In this document: piece by piece, positions 1-11,604 of the stretch
How positions within the stretch are numbered: the stretch's first letter is position 1
How the letters are laid out: each line of letters opens with the position of its first letter
From: Pristiophorus japonicus
Taxonomy: Eukaryota
NCBI RefSeq assembly: GCF_044704955.1
Contig: NC_091993.1
Location: forward strand, 131,006,001 to 131,070,000
Length of the DNA stretch: 64,000 nt
Direction of reading: 5' to 3'
Made by a program: the position numbers and the translations under genes
Notes under the pieces: model-generated
The model's database searches: none
Told to the model about the DNA's origin: nothing
Seen by the model: only the letters and a program-made list of their open reading frames with translations

Positions 1-1043
1 CCTGGTGCAAGGCTCAAGGATGTCTCGGAGCGGCTGCAGGGCATTCTGGAGGGGGAGGGTGAACAACCAGCTGTTGTGGTGCATACAGGTAAAAAATGGG
101 ATGAGGTCCGACAAGCTGAATTTAGGGAGCTAGGAGTTAAATTAAAAAGTAGGACCTCAAAAATGTAGTAATCTCAGGATTGCTACCAATGCCACATGCT
201 AGTCAGAGTAGGAATAGCAGGATAGTTCAGATGAATATGTGGCTTGAGGAGTGGTGCAAGAGGGAGGGATTCAAATTCCTGGGACATTGGAACCGGTTCT
301 GGGGGAGGTGGGACCAGTACAAACCAGACGGTCTGCACTTGGCTAGGACCGGAACCGATGTCCTAGGCAGAGTGTTTGCTAGTGCTGTTGGGGAGGGTTT
401 AAACTAATATGGCAGGGGGATGGAAATCTATGCAGGGAGGCAGAGGGAAGTAAAAAAAAAAAGGGGCAGAAGCAAAAGGAGAAAAGTAAGAGTGGAGGGC
501 AGAGAAATCAAGGGCAAAAATCAAAAAAGGGCCACTTTACAACATAATTCTAAAAGGAAAAAAAGTGTTAAAAAAACAAGCCTGAAGGGTCCGAGTCTCC
601 ATGCGAGGAGCATTCGTAATAAGGTGGATGAATTGACTGCACAGATAGCTGTTAATGGATATGATGTAATTGGGATTACGGAGACAAGGCTCCACGGTAA
701 CCAAGGCTGAGAACTAACATCCAGGGGTATTCAATATTCAGGAAGGATAGACAGAAAGGAAAGGGAGATGGGATAGCATTATTGGTTAAAGAGATTAACG
801 CAATAGTAAGGAGGGACATTAGCTTGGATGATGTGGAATCTATATGGGTAGAGCTGCGGAACACCAAAGGGCAGAAAACGTTACTGGGCGTTGTGTACAG
901 ACCACTAAACAATAGTAGTGAGGTTGGGGATGGCAAACAAGAAGAAATTAGGGATGCAATAAAGGTACAGCAGTTATCATGGGTGACTTTAATTTACATA
1001 TAGATTGGGCTAACCAAACTGGTAACAATACTGTGGAGGAGGA
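1..1043 (+). mobile_element. CR1 LINE, 5' part (ORF1 esterase C-terminus plus ORF2 endonuclease start), interrupted by ERV
   Basis: ORF 180-407 (...YKPDGLHL...GEGLN) is an SGNH esterase-type ORF1. ORF2 APE motifs SIRNK, GITET, ESIWVEL, GVVYRP and MGDFN follow. The sequence resumes exactly at 8629/8635. Confidence 0.92.
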
Positions 1044-1370
1044 TGTTAGAGAATTCAAGCTCTGCAGCCCGGCTGCAGTTTTGAAAAAAAACACAGACCA
1101 CACTGCATTAAGTCATCAACTTGACATTTTAGGACCTTTGGGTAGTGAGCCAATTAAAGGTTAACAGACTATTAATTGAGCCAATGAGATCAAAGAAGGC
1201 GAGTTCTTTTCTGTAAACTGATCAGGTATATAAACAGCCATTTTGGCAATGTGGTCTCAGAAGGACAAAGGCCTGGCTTAAAGCCAAGAGCTTGTTGCTG
1301 TTGCCAGAATAAAATTACATTAAAACTACAACCGGAGTTCGTATTTCATTGGAAATTAAGAGATCTAACA
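1044..1370 (+). repeat. ERV 5' LTR (327 bp)
   Basis: TGTTAGA...TCTAACA inverted ends; two GAGCCAAT boxes; TATATAAA 1227-1234; AATAAA 1308-1313; direct repeat of 8303-8628. Confidence 0.96.
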
Positions 1371-1374
1371 ATTT

Positions 1375-1392
1375 TGGCGTCACGAACACGAT
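1375..1392 (+). promoter_or_regulatory. Primer binding site, tRNA-Ser(CGA)-like
   Basis: TGGCGTCACGAACACGAT lies 4 nt after the LTR. It matches 17/18 to the complement of a vertebrate tRNA-Ser(CGA) 3' end as I recall it (TGGCGTCACGAACAGGAT). Confidence 0.8.
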
Positions 1393-1657
1393 CGCTGAGG
1401 GAAGAAACTGAATTTTGGACATCGGACCTACATACTGAGGTAAGGACTCCTCTTTATAAAAGTCCTCGGTCAAAAGTCTAAATTCGCTTCTCCTTCTACA
1501 CAATTCTGAATGCCTCCGGTTTGCGAACCCTCCGGTTGGTAGTCGGCTCGAGGTCCCATAGACGTCTAACTTCGGCGGTGTGTTAGTTAATTAATCACCG
1601 ACCTACTGATCGGCTGGAAAGCCTACGACTCGAGACCCCAGTAAAGAAATCAGTATT

Positions 1658-3214
1658 ATGGCAGCAGGAGACAAGAACAAAGAATGGCCTACAACTGTTA
1701 AAGGCGGGCAGGCACCACCTGAGGTTTCGATAGATGAAATCCTCCAACAGTTGAAAGAATACATAGAGCAACAATTCAACTTATCTAAAACCTGTATTAA
1801 GATCGAACAAAAGTACGGAACCTCCAAAGGACAATGGTCCTTGGACGAGATTAAAAGGGTCTGGGGAAAAACGACCCGTATGAAAAATAAAGAGCGAACC
1901 AGATGGTCCCTAGCCGTTATGGGACAGATTCGAAAGCGGAATGAAATTATAATGCGTTCCCAACATGATCGAGAACTGACCAGTACAAAAGGACCAACTG
2001 CTTGTGCACAGCTGCGACAGACAAGACTTGAACTTGAAAAATCGGAAGCGGAAGTTAAAGATCTTAAAGATGAAATTAAAGAATGGAAAAAATCATTAGG
2101 TCAAGAGACAGTAATAGGAAAAGGAAAATGTATCGGTCAATTCCCAGGGTACCCATGTTTGGATAAATTAAAAGCGCAAACGCGAAGACACGACCGAGGA
2201 ATAGATACGGATTCTGAATCCTCCGACAATACAGGATCGGAGGATGAAGAATTAGGGGTGAGCTTTGCCCAGTTTAAAAAAAGACGCGGTGTAGTCAAAT
2301 CAGAAGAGACTGCGGATGAGGACGGAACCAAAAAAACAAAGAAAAGGGTGTATGCAGAATATTTAGTTCATGATCCGGCAGACCCAGAGAAAATTGATAA
2401 ATGGTCCAAGGAGTTGCCCAATCCAAAGAAAGGGGGAGTGAAAACGTGGGACCAATTGGACCGCTCAAGAAATATATATCAACTTCATCCCTGGGACGGA
2501 GTGCAAATTTTGACCATAATGGTGCCAAAAACGCAGGGAAGAAAATTGCACGACAAGGTAGATGAAGCTTTGGGGCAGGATGAGCAAGAATTAGACACAG
2601 GATGGGAAGCGATTAAACACTGGCTGCAAGCCTTCAGTCCAGCTAAGACAGACTGGGGAAAAATTGCAGCCTGCCAACAGAAAGAAACAGAGGAGGTCCT
2701 GGAGTATGACGAGCGGTTTAGATGTACGTGGCTAGAACATTCGGGTATGAATAATACGGATGAGGAAATGGATGAACAAGTGTTTGGACCCCTGAAAGCC
2801 ACTTTCGTGGCAGGTCTAAAGCCAGAACTGTCCAAAATGCTTTAGGTAGTGTTAACGGACTGGGAAGGTAGAGGAACTACCTTTGCAGCATTGTTGGATC
2901 GATGTAACCAATTAGATCGGGATATGGGAGCTAAAGTCCGAGCTGTACAGACTATGGGATGCAAATCCCAGGATTCCAATAAACAGTTATCTGGAAAATT
3001 ACCTGGAAAATGTCATTATTGTGGGAAAGAAGGTCACTGGGCCAAGACGTGCAGGGCAAAACAGAAAGGTCGTGGCTGGGGAAGAGGACGCAGCCAGGGA
3101 TACAATTCAGCCAACAAGCCAGGCTTGTCACAAGATAACGATCTCATAGAAGCATTTAAGCGACTGACAATACAACAACAGAAGGAGTTACTTGGGATAG
3201 CAAAAAACGATTAG
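1658..3214 (+). pseudogene. gag: ERV gag (about 518 codons, one in-frame TAG at 2843-2845)
   Basis: ORFs 1658-2845 and 2849-3214 share a frame. MHR-like QQKETEEVLEYDERF, single CCHC knuckle CHYCGKEGHWAKTC, and YPxL-like motif YPCL. Confidence 0.9.
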
Positions 3215-6200
3215 AGCCCACCCTGGCCCCCCTCCTCGCACTAATACAACAGAGAGGAGATGGGCTATATACAACTGTGAGGGTGGGCGATAAGGATGTG
3301 GACTGTCTTTTAGACACTGGGGTGGAATTAACATGCTTACCCCTACAATATGGAGACTTTTTGCCGTTGGATGGTAGGGCACGTACAGCCTATGGAGTTG
3401 GGGGCCATAAAATGGAAATTAAAAAGGACAACACCGGTATTTATAGGGCTGGGTCCACATGAACTAACCACACCGGTCTGGATAGGCCCAGTAGATCAAC
3501 CCCTTTTGGAAATGGACGTTCTAATCCAAGTAGATTCATCGTTGCATTTCGAGGATGGTCGGGTGACATGGTCAATTAGAACTTTGAAGAAAGAAGAATT
3601 GAAGGAACACCCGATATGGGCTAAAGATAAGAATGATTGTGGCCTACTCCAGATGGAGCCTGCGTCATTTACCGGGACCAAGCCTCCATGCACTAAACAG
3701 TATCCCATCAGTCCAACTGCCATCGCGGGAATCTTACCGGTTATTCAGCAATTGGAGAAACAAGGGGTGCTTATTAAAATGCATAGCTCCTCCAATAGCC
3801 CCGTGTGGCCGGTACAGAAATCTAATGAGACTTGGCGTTTGACTGTCGATTATAGGAAAGCTAACCAGTGTATTGATCAAAAAGCTCCTTTGGTCGCAGA
3901 TCCCTCCACCATTTTTAATGCCCTCAAACCGGAACATAAATATTTCTCGGTTATAGATATGGCCAACGGATTTTGGTCGGTGCCTCTAGCACCGGAGGTT
4001 CGACAGTGGTTTGCTTTCACGGTCCAAGGACAATAGTATACTTGGACCCGGTTACCGCAGGGTTTCCACAACAGCCCTACGGTATTCCACATGGCTTTAC
4101 AAAGCTATTTGCGAGGATTACCTCCCCTGTCATCCAATATGTAGACGATATCCTGCTAGCTTCAAACACAGAAGAACAGCATGAACAAGATTTACGAGCT
4201 TTGCTGAACCACCTTCGGCTGAAAGGACATAAAGCCAGCATCGACAAAGCACAAATATCCCAAGAAGAGGTTGTATACCTGGGACAAAAGATTTCACAAG
4301 GAGAGAACTTACCCAGGATAGAACTTACCCATTCTGCCTGCTAAAAACCCCACCACTATTCAGGTACTAAGGTCTTTTTGGGGATTGTGTAACTTTAACA
4401 GAAATTGGATTGACTCCTTCACACAGCTTGCTCAGCCACTCAATGATATTTTAAAGGGGAAACGTGCCTCTAAAGAAGCCATCACCCTCATTAAGGAACA
4501 GCAAGAGGCCTTCCTGAGTTTGAAAAAGGCTTTGTGTTCGGCACCGGCTCTGGGAATCCCCGACAGTGGTAAGCCATTTACCCTGTTTGTCCATGAGAAA
4601 GAAGGATACATAACAGCTATACTGACACAAGAACATGGGGATCGGCAAAGACCTATTGGCTATTATTCGGCAAAACTGGATGCGGTAGCCCTTGGATGGG
4701 GAAGTTGCCTAAGGGCCATGGAAGCTACATGTCGAGCGGTAATGATCACTGCGGGTCTAGTCCTCGACCAAAAGCTGATTGTCAAGTGTCCCCACACCGT
4801 ACACGCTTTGCTGTCTATGAATAGAATGTCTCAGGTGACAGCAGCAAGATGGACCCGCTGGACAGCAGTTTTGGAAGCTCCTAATCTCCATATCGTCCGG
4901 GCCAGCCCGGTTAATCCCGCAACCATGCTCCCGATGTCAGAATCAAGGGAGCAAGAGGGGGGAGAATGTGAAGAGCATGACTGCATGGAGATTTTAAAAG
5001 AAACAGAAGAAGCAGCCTTAGCAGCAGAGGAGCCTCTGCACAACCCAGACCTCATCCTGTTTACAGATGGTTCCTCCTTTGTTGACAATGGTACCAGAAA
5101 AGCAGGATGGGCAGTTACAACCTTATATGAGGTAGTAGCAAAAGGATGTTTACCCTCAGTTACGGGCCCTGTCAGAAGCATGTCGAATAGCAGAAGGACA
5201 GACAGCCAAGGTCTACTCAGATTCGCGTTATGCTTTTGGAGTCGCTCACGACTTTGGTCTGTTATGGCGGAAAAGAGGATTCCTCACTGCTGCTGGTATA
5301 CCTATCCGAAATGGAAAAGAAGTCCGAGACTTACTAGAGACCATACAATTACCTCAGGAAGTGTCCATCCTGAAGTGTAAGGCACATACCAAGGAAAATA
5401 CCACGGAAGCACAGGGAAATGCCCTAGCCGACCAGGCAGCTAAAGATGCCGCCTCACAGGGTGTTCCCCCAGAAGAACCAACACAGATGTACAGATTGAA
5501 AGCACTCAGGACTCTGACATGAGACCTTCAAACAATGCAAGGCGAGTGCTCCCGAGAGGAAAAATGGACATGGATTGAGGCAGGAATTAAGCTATGTGAA
5601 GATGGTGTCTGGAGACAAAGAGTTACCGACAAGCCAGTCACGCCACAAGCGCTTATGCCTTTTTTAGCCCAACAGATCCACTCGTGGGGACATTTGGCCT
5701 CACAACAGATGACAGCACAGTTCCAGAAAAGCTGGTGGGGTCGGGGATTTAAAAAACATGCCCAGCTGGTAACAGACCGCTGTGTGGTCTGCCAGAAAAA
5801 TAATTCTGGACCCATCACGCTAATGTCCCAACTGAGGCCCCCTGCCCCTGTTGGACCATTCCAGCATCTGCAGGTTGATTATATATCTCTTCCTTCATGC
5901 CAAGGATACACTAACATTCTTGTCATGGTCGACAGATTCTCTAGATGGGTAGAAGCTGTCCCAACTAAAAGAGCCACAGCCAATCACACTGCAAAGGTCT
6001 TGTGTAAGGATTACATTCCCCGATGGGGAGTCCAGAGTAGCATTGACTCAGATCAGGGAACACACTTCACAGGTGCTGTCTGCCAAGAAGTCTGTAGGTT
6101 ACTGAACATTACGTGGGATTTACACTGTCCTTATCATCCACAATCATCAGGACAAGTAGAGCGAATGAATCGAACTCTGAAACAACAGCTTGCCAAATAT

Positions 6201-6650
6201 CACCAAGAAGGATCACCATGGCCCCAGGCACTACCAATAGTGCTATGTAGCATTAGGGCAACCCTGAACAGAACTACAGGTCTAAGCCCATTTCAAATTA
6301 TAACAGGAAGACCCATGTCGCTGCCAGGAACTATCGATTTACGGAAAGCTGATGTTCACTTAATGAGTGACACTTTGTTATCATACTGTCAGAACCTAAC
6401 CAATGCTATTAGTTCTGTTTCTCGACAGGTATCGGCAGCTTGGGGTAATCCACCCGAAGGAGGACACGACATTATCCCGGGAGTCTGGGTGTATGTGAAA
6501 AAGTTGCATAAAGAACTTTTGGGTGCCAAGTGGGAGGGACCTCATCAAGTATTATTGACCACCCAGGCAGCTGTTAAAGTCCAAGGAAAGAAAGCCTGGA
6601 TCCACACTTCACACGTTAAACAAGCACCCGTAACTGAAGCTGAAATCTAA
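3208..6650 (+). pseudogene. pol: ERV pro-pol (protease, RT, tether, RNase H, integrase) with several frameshifts and stops
   Basis: LLDTG protease; LPQGFHNSP and QYVDD in RT; FTDGSS and DSRYAF in RNase H; HHCC, D-D-E (QVDY, SDQGTHF, QVERMN) and GPH module in integrase ORF 5535-6650. Confidence 0.95.
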
Positions 6651-6674
6651 TAAGGACAATTACTTTTTGCGAAA

Positions 6675-7923
6675 ATGTATAAATTTACTGCATTACTGAT
6701 TGTAGGTATTCTAGGCATAGGCCTACTTCTTACTAGCCGACCCTCTGTACCAAAGGGAAATAGTAGGGTAGCAAGGGAATTACATGTAAATACCTTTTTA
6801 TATATATCATACATTTATGCCAAACAAGGTAACATTTCGAGTTGTTGGGTGTGTGCGCATATTCCTATTCACTCAAAGGGAGGGATTCCCTTGAGGCCAG
6901 TTCCCTTGAATATCTCGGAAATGGCTGAGTGGATAATTAATCAAAACAAAACAGGCAATGCGTTTCAGGATTCGGAGAACTGGGCACGTAAATGGAAGTC
7001 AGCAGGTTACAATCTGACTACCTTTGAAGGGGGATACCAACCGTGCTACAATAATTCCAAACGGCCCCCATTTTTTGTTATCACTAATACAACGGGAATA
7101 GGAAGACCGGGGGAATCCGTCTGTCTGATTAGAAACATTAAAGGAGGCCAAAATATGGGGTGTAGCAACTGCTCCCGGAATTATAATGTAACCAAGCCAC
7201 GGAACCGTCCAAACTGGGCCGATGTGGGAATTTTTAAACGCACCAGGGATTCTGAATAAAAAAGATGGAAAAGCTTGGACAGGCCCCGGAGTGTTGCTGA
7301 CAAAGAAACAGCTAACATTCATTGCCTATAATGGCACCTATTGGGTGTGTGGCCACAAGGCCTACCCTTGGCTGCCCCAGAATTGGACGGGATCCTGCTA
7401 TTTAGCCTACATTGTGCCTTATATGTATCATATAGAGTCACTGTCGGAACATTTACACTGTCCTAAGAGAGCTATCACAGAAACAGAGAGGTTCTTTGCC
7501 ATTCTGATCCCCGGGTATGGGACCACCAGACTGGCAAGGGAATCCATTAACATGGCATCCGTTGTGCAACGGGTAGCCAATGATACCTCAGAGGCCCTAG
7601 TTAAAATCAATGCAGAAATGGTAGCAATCCGCTCAGTAGCCCTACAGAATAGACTGGCCCTTGATTCCATCCTGGCTGAAAAGGGAGGTACTTGCGCCCT
7701 ACTCGGAACTGAGTGTTGCACATATATCCCAGATAGCTCCGAAGAAATGACCCACTTAGCGGAGCATATCCAAAAGGAGGTAGAAAAACTTAAGCAACCC
7801 CCATCATTCACTTTGTGGAGTGGAGCCACTGAATGGCTAGGTTCAATAGGAACTTCATTGGTGGAAGGTTTAATTCTATTTGTTGTAATTGTTTTATTTA
7901 TATTGTTTGATTATGTTGATTAA
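6675..7923 (+). pseudogene. env: ERV env, gamma-type (frameshift near 7222-7259)
   Basis: Signal-like hydrophobic N-terminus; SU CWVC (CxxC); cleavage site CPKR/AITE; immunosuppressive domain LQNRLALDSILAEKGG; CX6CC (CALLGTECC); C-terminal TM anchor. Confidence 0.93.
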
Positions 7924-8291
7924 AATGTTGTTGCGACCAGGCGGCTGTAGCTGCTGTCCCGCAGGTGAGACACCTTGCAGGTCCCAGCAGACCGTCTGTA
8001 CGTGGCACAGGGGTATATTATGCTTAAGGGAAGGTTGTTTACTGGTTGAATTAAGATATTGATTTGGATTAAATTGGAATAAGGTTAATCAACCTACTAA
8101 AACCAGACTTCCATTGTGGCCACGATGGAATTCAGATTGGTGTAAATTTGTGTGGAAGTTACTAGTCCGGACTTGTGGTGAAACACATCAACAAATTTTA
8201 GAAGGAAACTCTATTAACATGTATGAAATTATTTTTTAGAATGTTTAACCAGTGATACCTGATGTTTTATGATTCAGTTTGTGAAAGAATC

Positions 8292-8300
8292 AAAGGGGGG
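8292..8300 (+). promoter_or_regulatory. ERV polypurine tract
   Basis: AAAGGGGGG followed by AT, then the LTR start TG. Confidence 0.85.
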
Positions 8301-8302
8301 AT

Positions 8303-8628
8303 TGATAGAGAATTCAAGCTCTGCAGCCCGGCTGCAGTTTTGAAAAAACACAGACCACACTGCATTAAGTCATCAATCAACTTGACATTTTAGGACCTTT
8401 GGGTAGCGAGCCAATTAAAGGTTAACAGACTATTAATTGAGCCAATGTCAAAGAAGGAGAGTTCTTTTCTGTAAACTGATCAGGTATATAAACAGCCATT
8501 TTGGCCATGTGGTCTCAGAAGGACAATGGTCTGGCTTAACGCCAAGAGCTTGTTGCTGCTGCCAGAATAAAATTACATTAAAACTACAACCAGAGTTCGT
8601 ATTTCATTGGAAATTAAGAGATCTAACA
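8303..8628 (+). repeat. ERV 3' LTR (326 bp)
   Basis: Matches the 5' LTR with 9 substitutions and 3 short indels (manual count). Confidence 0.96.
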
Positions 8629-11047
8629 AGAGGATTTCCTGGAGTGTATAAGAGATGGATTTCTAGATCAATATGGAACCAACTGGAGAGCAGGCCATCC
8701 TAGACTGGGTCTTGTGTAATGAGAAAGGACTAATTAGCAATCTTGTGCGAGACCCCTTGGGGAAGAGTGACCATGATATGGTAGAACTCTTCATTAAGAT
8801 GGAGTGTGACAGTTAATTCAGAGACTAGGGTCCTGAACTTAAAGAAAGGTAACTTCGATGGTATGAGATGTGAATTGGCTAGGATAGACTGGCAAATGAT
8901 ACTTAAAGGGTTGACGGTAGATAGGCAATGGCACACATTTAAAGATCACATGGATGAACTACAACAATTGTACATCCCTGTCTGGCGTAAAAATAAAACA
9001 GGGAAGGTGGCTCAACCGTGGCTAACAAGGGAAATTAAGGATAGTGTTAAATCCAAAGGAAGAGGCATATAAATTGGCCAGGAAAAGCAGTAAACCTGAG
9101 GACTGGGAGAAATTTCGAATTCAGCTGAGGAGGACTAAGGGTTTAATTAGAAGTGGGGGGTGAAATAGAGCATGAGAGTAAGCTTGCAGGGAATATAAAA
9201 ACTGATTGCAAAAGCTTCTATAAATATATGGAGAGAAAAAGATTAGTGAAGACAAATGTAGGTCCCTTGCAGTCAGAATCAGGTGAATTCATTATGGGGA
9301 ACAAGGAAATAGCAGACCAATTGAACAAATACTTTGGTTCCGTCTTCACTGAGGAAGACACGAATAACCTCCCGAAAATACTAGGGGACCGAGGGTCTAG
9401 CGAGAAGGAGGAACTGAGGGAACTCCTTATTAGTCAGGAAATGGTGTTAGGGAAATTGATGGGATTGAAGGCCAATAAATCCCCAGGCCTGATAGTCTGC
9501 ATCCCAGAGTACTTAAGGAAGTGGCCCTAGAAATAGTGGATGCATCGGTGGTCATTTTCCAACATTCCATGAACTTTGGATCAGTTCCTATGGACTGGAG
9601 GGTAGCTAATGTAACCCCACTTTTTAAAAAAAAGGAGAGAGACAGAAAACAGGGAATTATAGACCGATTAGTCTGACATCAGTAGTGGGGAAAATGCTGG
9701 AATCAATTATTAAAGATGTAATAGCAACGCATTTTGAAAGCAGTGACATGATCAGTCCAAGTCAGCATGGATTTATGAAAGGGAAATCAAGCTTGACAAA
9801 TCTTCTAGAATTTTTTTGAGGATGTAACTAGTAGAGTGGATAAGGGAGAACCAGTGGATGTTGTGTATTTGGACTTTAAAAAGGCTTTTGAGAAGGTCCC
9901 ATACAAGAGATTAGTGTGCAAAATTAAAGCACATGGGATTGGGGGTAATGTATTGACATGGATAGAGAACTGGTTGACAGACAGGAAGCAAAGAGTGGGA
10001 ATAAACAGGTCCTTTTCAGAATGGCAGGCAGTGACTAGTGGGGTACCGCAAGGTTCAGTGCTGGGACCCCAGCTATTTACAATATATATATATAATATAA
10101 ATGATTTAGAGAAAGGAATTGAATGTAATATCTCCAAGTTTGCAGATGACACTAAGCTGGGTGGCGGTGTGAGCTGTGAGGAGGATGCCAAGAGGCTGCA
10201 GGGTGACTTGGACAGGTTATGTGAGTGGGCAAATGCATGGCAGATGCAGTATAATGTGGATAAATGTGAGGTTATCCACTTTGGTGGCAAAAACAGGAAG
10301 GCAGATCATCTGAATGGTGACAGATTAGTAAAAGGGGAGGTACAAGAAGACCTGGGTGTCATGGTACATCAGTCATTGAAAGTAGGCATGCAGGTACAGC
10401 AGGCGGTGAAGAAAGCAAATGGCATGTTGGCCTTCTAATGAGAGGATTTGAGTATAGGAGCAGGGAGATCTTGCTGCAATTGTACAGGGCCTTGAATATT
10501 GTGTTCAGTTTTGGTCTCCTAATCTGAGGAAGGACATTCTTGTTATTGAGGGAGTACAGCGAAGGTTCACCAGACTGATTCCCGGGATGGCAGGACTTAC
10601 ATATGAGAGACTGGATCGACTGGGCTTGTATTCACTGGAATTTAGAAGAATGAATGAATGAGAGGGGATCTCATAGAAGCATATAAAATTCTGACGGGAT
10701 TTGAGAGGTTGGATGCAGGAAGAATGTTCCCGATATTGGGGAAGTCCAGAACCAGGGGTCACAGTCTAAGGATAAGGGGTAAGCCATCTAGGACCGAGAT
10801 GAGGAGAAACTTTTTCCACTCAGAGAATTGTGAACCTGTGGAATTCTCTACCACAGCAAGTTGTTGAAGCCAGTTCGTTGAATATATTCAAAAGGGAGTT
10901 AGATGTGGCCCTTACGGCTAAAGGATCAAGGAGTATGGAGAGAAAGCAGGAAAAGGATACTGAAGTCGCATGATCAGCCATGATCATATTGAATGGTGGT
11001 ACAGGCTCAAAGGGCTGAATGGCCTGCTCCTGCACCTATTTTCTATG
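8629..11047 (+). mobile_element. CR1 LINE, 3' part (ORF2 RT, degenerate) with 3' tail
   Basis: VYLDFKKAF, GVPQGSVLGP, KFADDTK; ends ...CCTATTTTCTATG; continues the element at 1-1043. Confidence 0.93.
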
Positions 11048-11394
11048 CCATGTGACGGAGGTGCAAGGAGCAGGAAGGTCCTAAAGTTTGATGAGGGGCT
11101 GATGCTGCCATGGTCAAGGTCAAAGGGGTCATTGTGCTGGGTCTCAGGGATAAGCAGGTGTGTGGGAAAAGGAGGCAAATCAAGGTGCCAATACCAGGAA
11201 TCAGCCAGAGTTCCCCATCACTATTCGATGCTGCTGTTGCTGCTGTGTGTGTGTCAGATTGGGACTCAGTCACATAAAATGACTGGTGCCATCTGAAAAA
11301 TTGGGGGCATGATGTGAAATTGTTGAACTCAATGTCGAGTCTGGAAGGCAGTTTTAGAGGATTCTGATATTCCCATGACACCTCTCCAGACCCC

Positions 11395-11570
11395 TTCTTT
11401 ACCTGTACCATTACCATTACCTTTTGTCTTGCACCATCACACCTTTTGCCATTTAATCTCCCATCTTCCCTCCTCTCCCTTCTTTACCTGCCTCTGGACT
11501 TGCTTAAAACCTGCAGCATCTCTAACTTTTTCCAGTTCTGACAAAACATTGACCTGAAACATTAACTGTC
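11395..11570. mobile_element. Probable Penelope-like terminal-repeat fragment
   Basis: TCCAGTTCTGAC...GACCTGAAACATTAAC resembles the motif at 30990-31020. Family call from memory. Confidence 0.35.
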
Positions 11571-11577
11571 TGTTAGA

Positions 11578-11604
11578 GGGGGGGGGGGGGGGGGGGGGGG
11601 GGGG
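11578..11604 (+). repeat. poly-G tract (27 nt)
   Basis: Uninterrupted G run. Confidence 0.9.

Larger units (their letters stand above)
1044..8628 (+). mobile_element. Endogenous retrovirus, full-length decayed provirus (LTR-gag-pro-pol-env-LTR)
   Basis: Paired LTRs (TG...CA), PBS, PPT and gag/pol/env homology. Target duplication GAGGA at 1039-1043 and 8630-8634. Confidence 0.97.

Noticed and set aside
2843-2845. TAG as programmed gag readthrough codon
   Set aside because: It lies in the capsid C-terminal region upstream of the zinc knuckle; more likely a post-insertion nonsense mutation (as is the TAG at 4034-4036).
11571-11578. TGTTAGAG identical to the ERV LTR start
   Set aside because: Only 8 bp, followed by poly-G; no further LTR homology.
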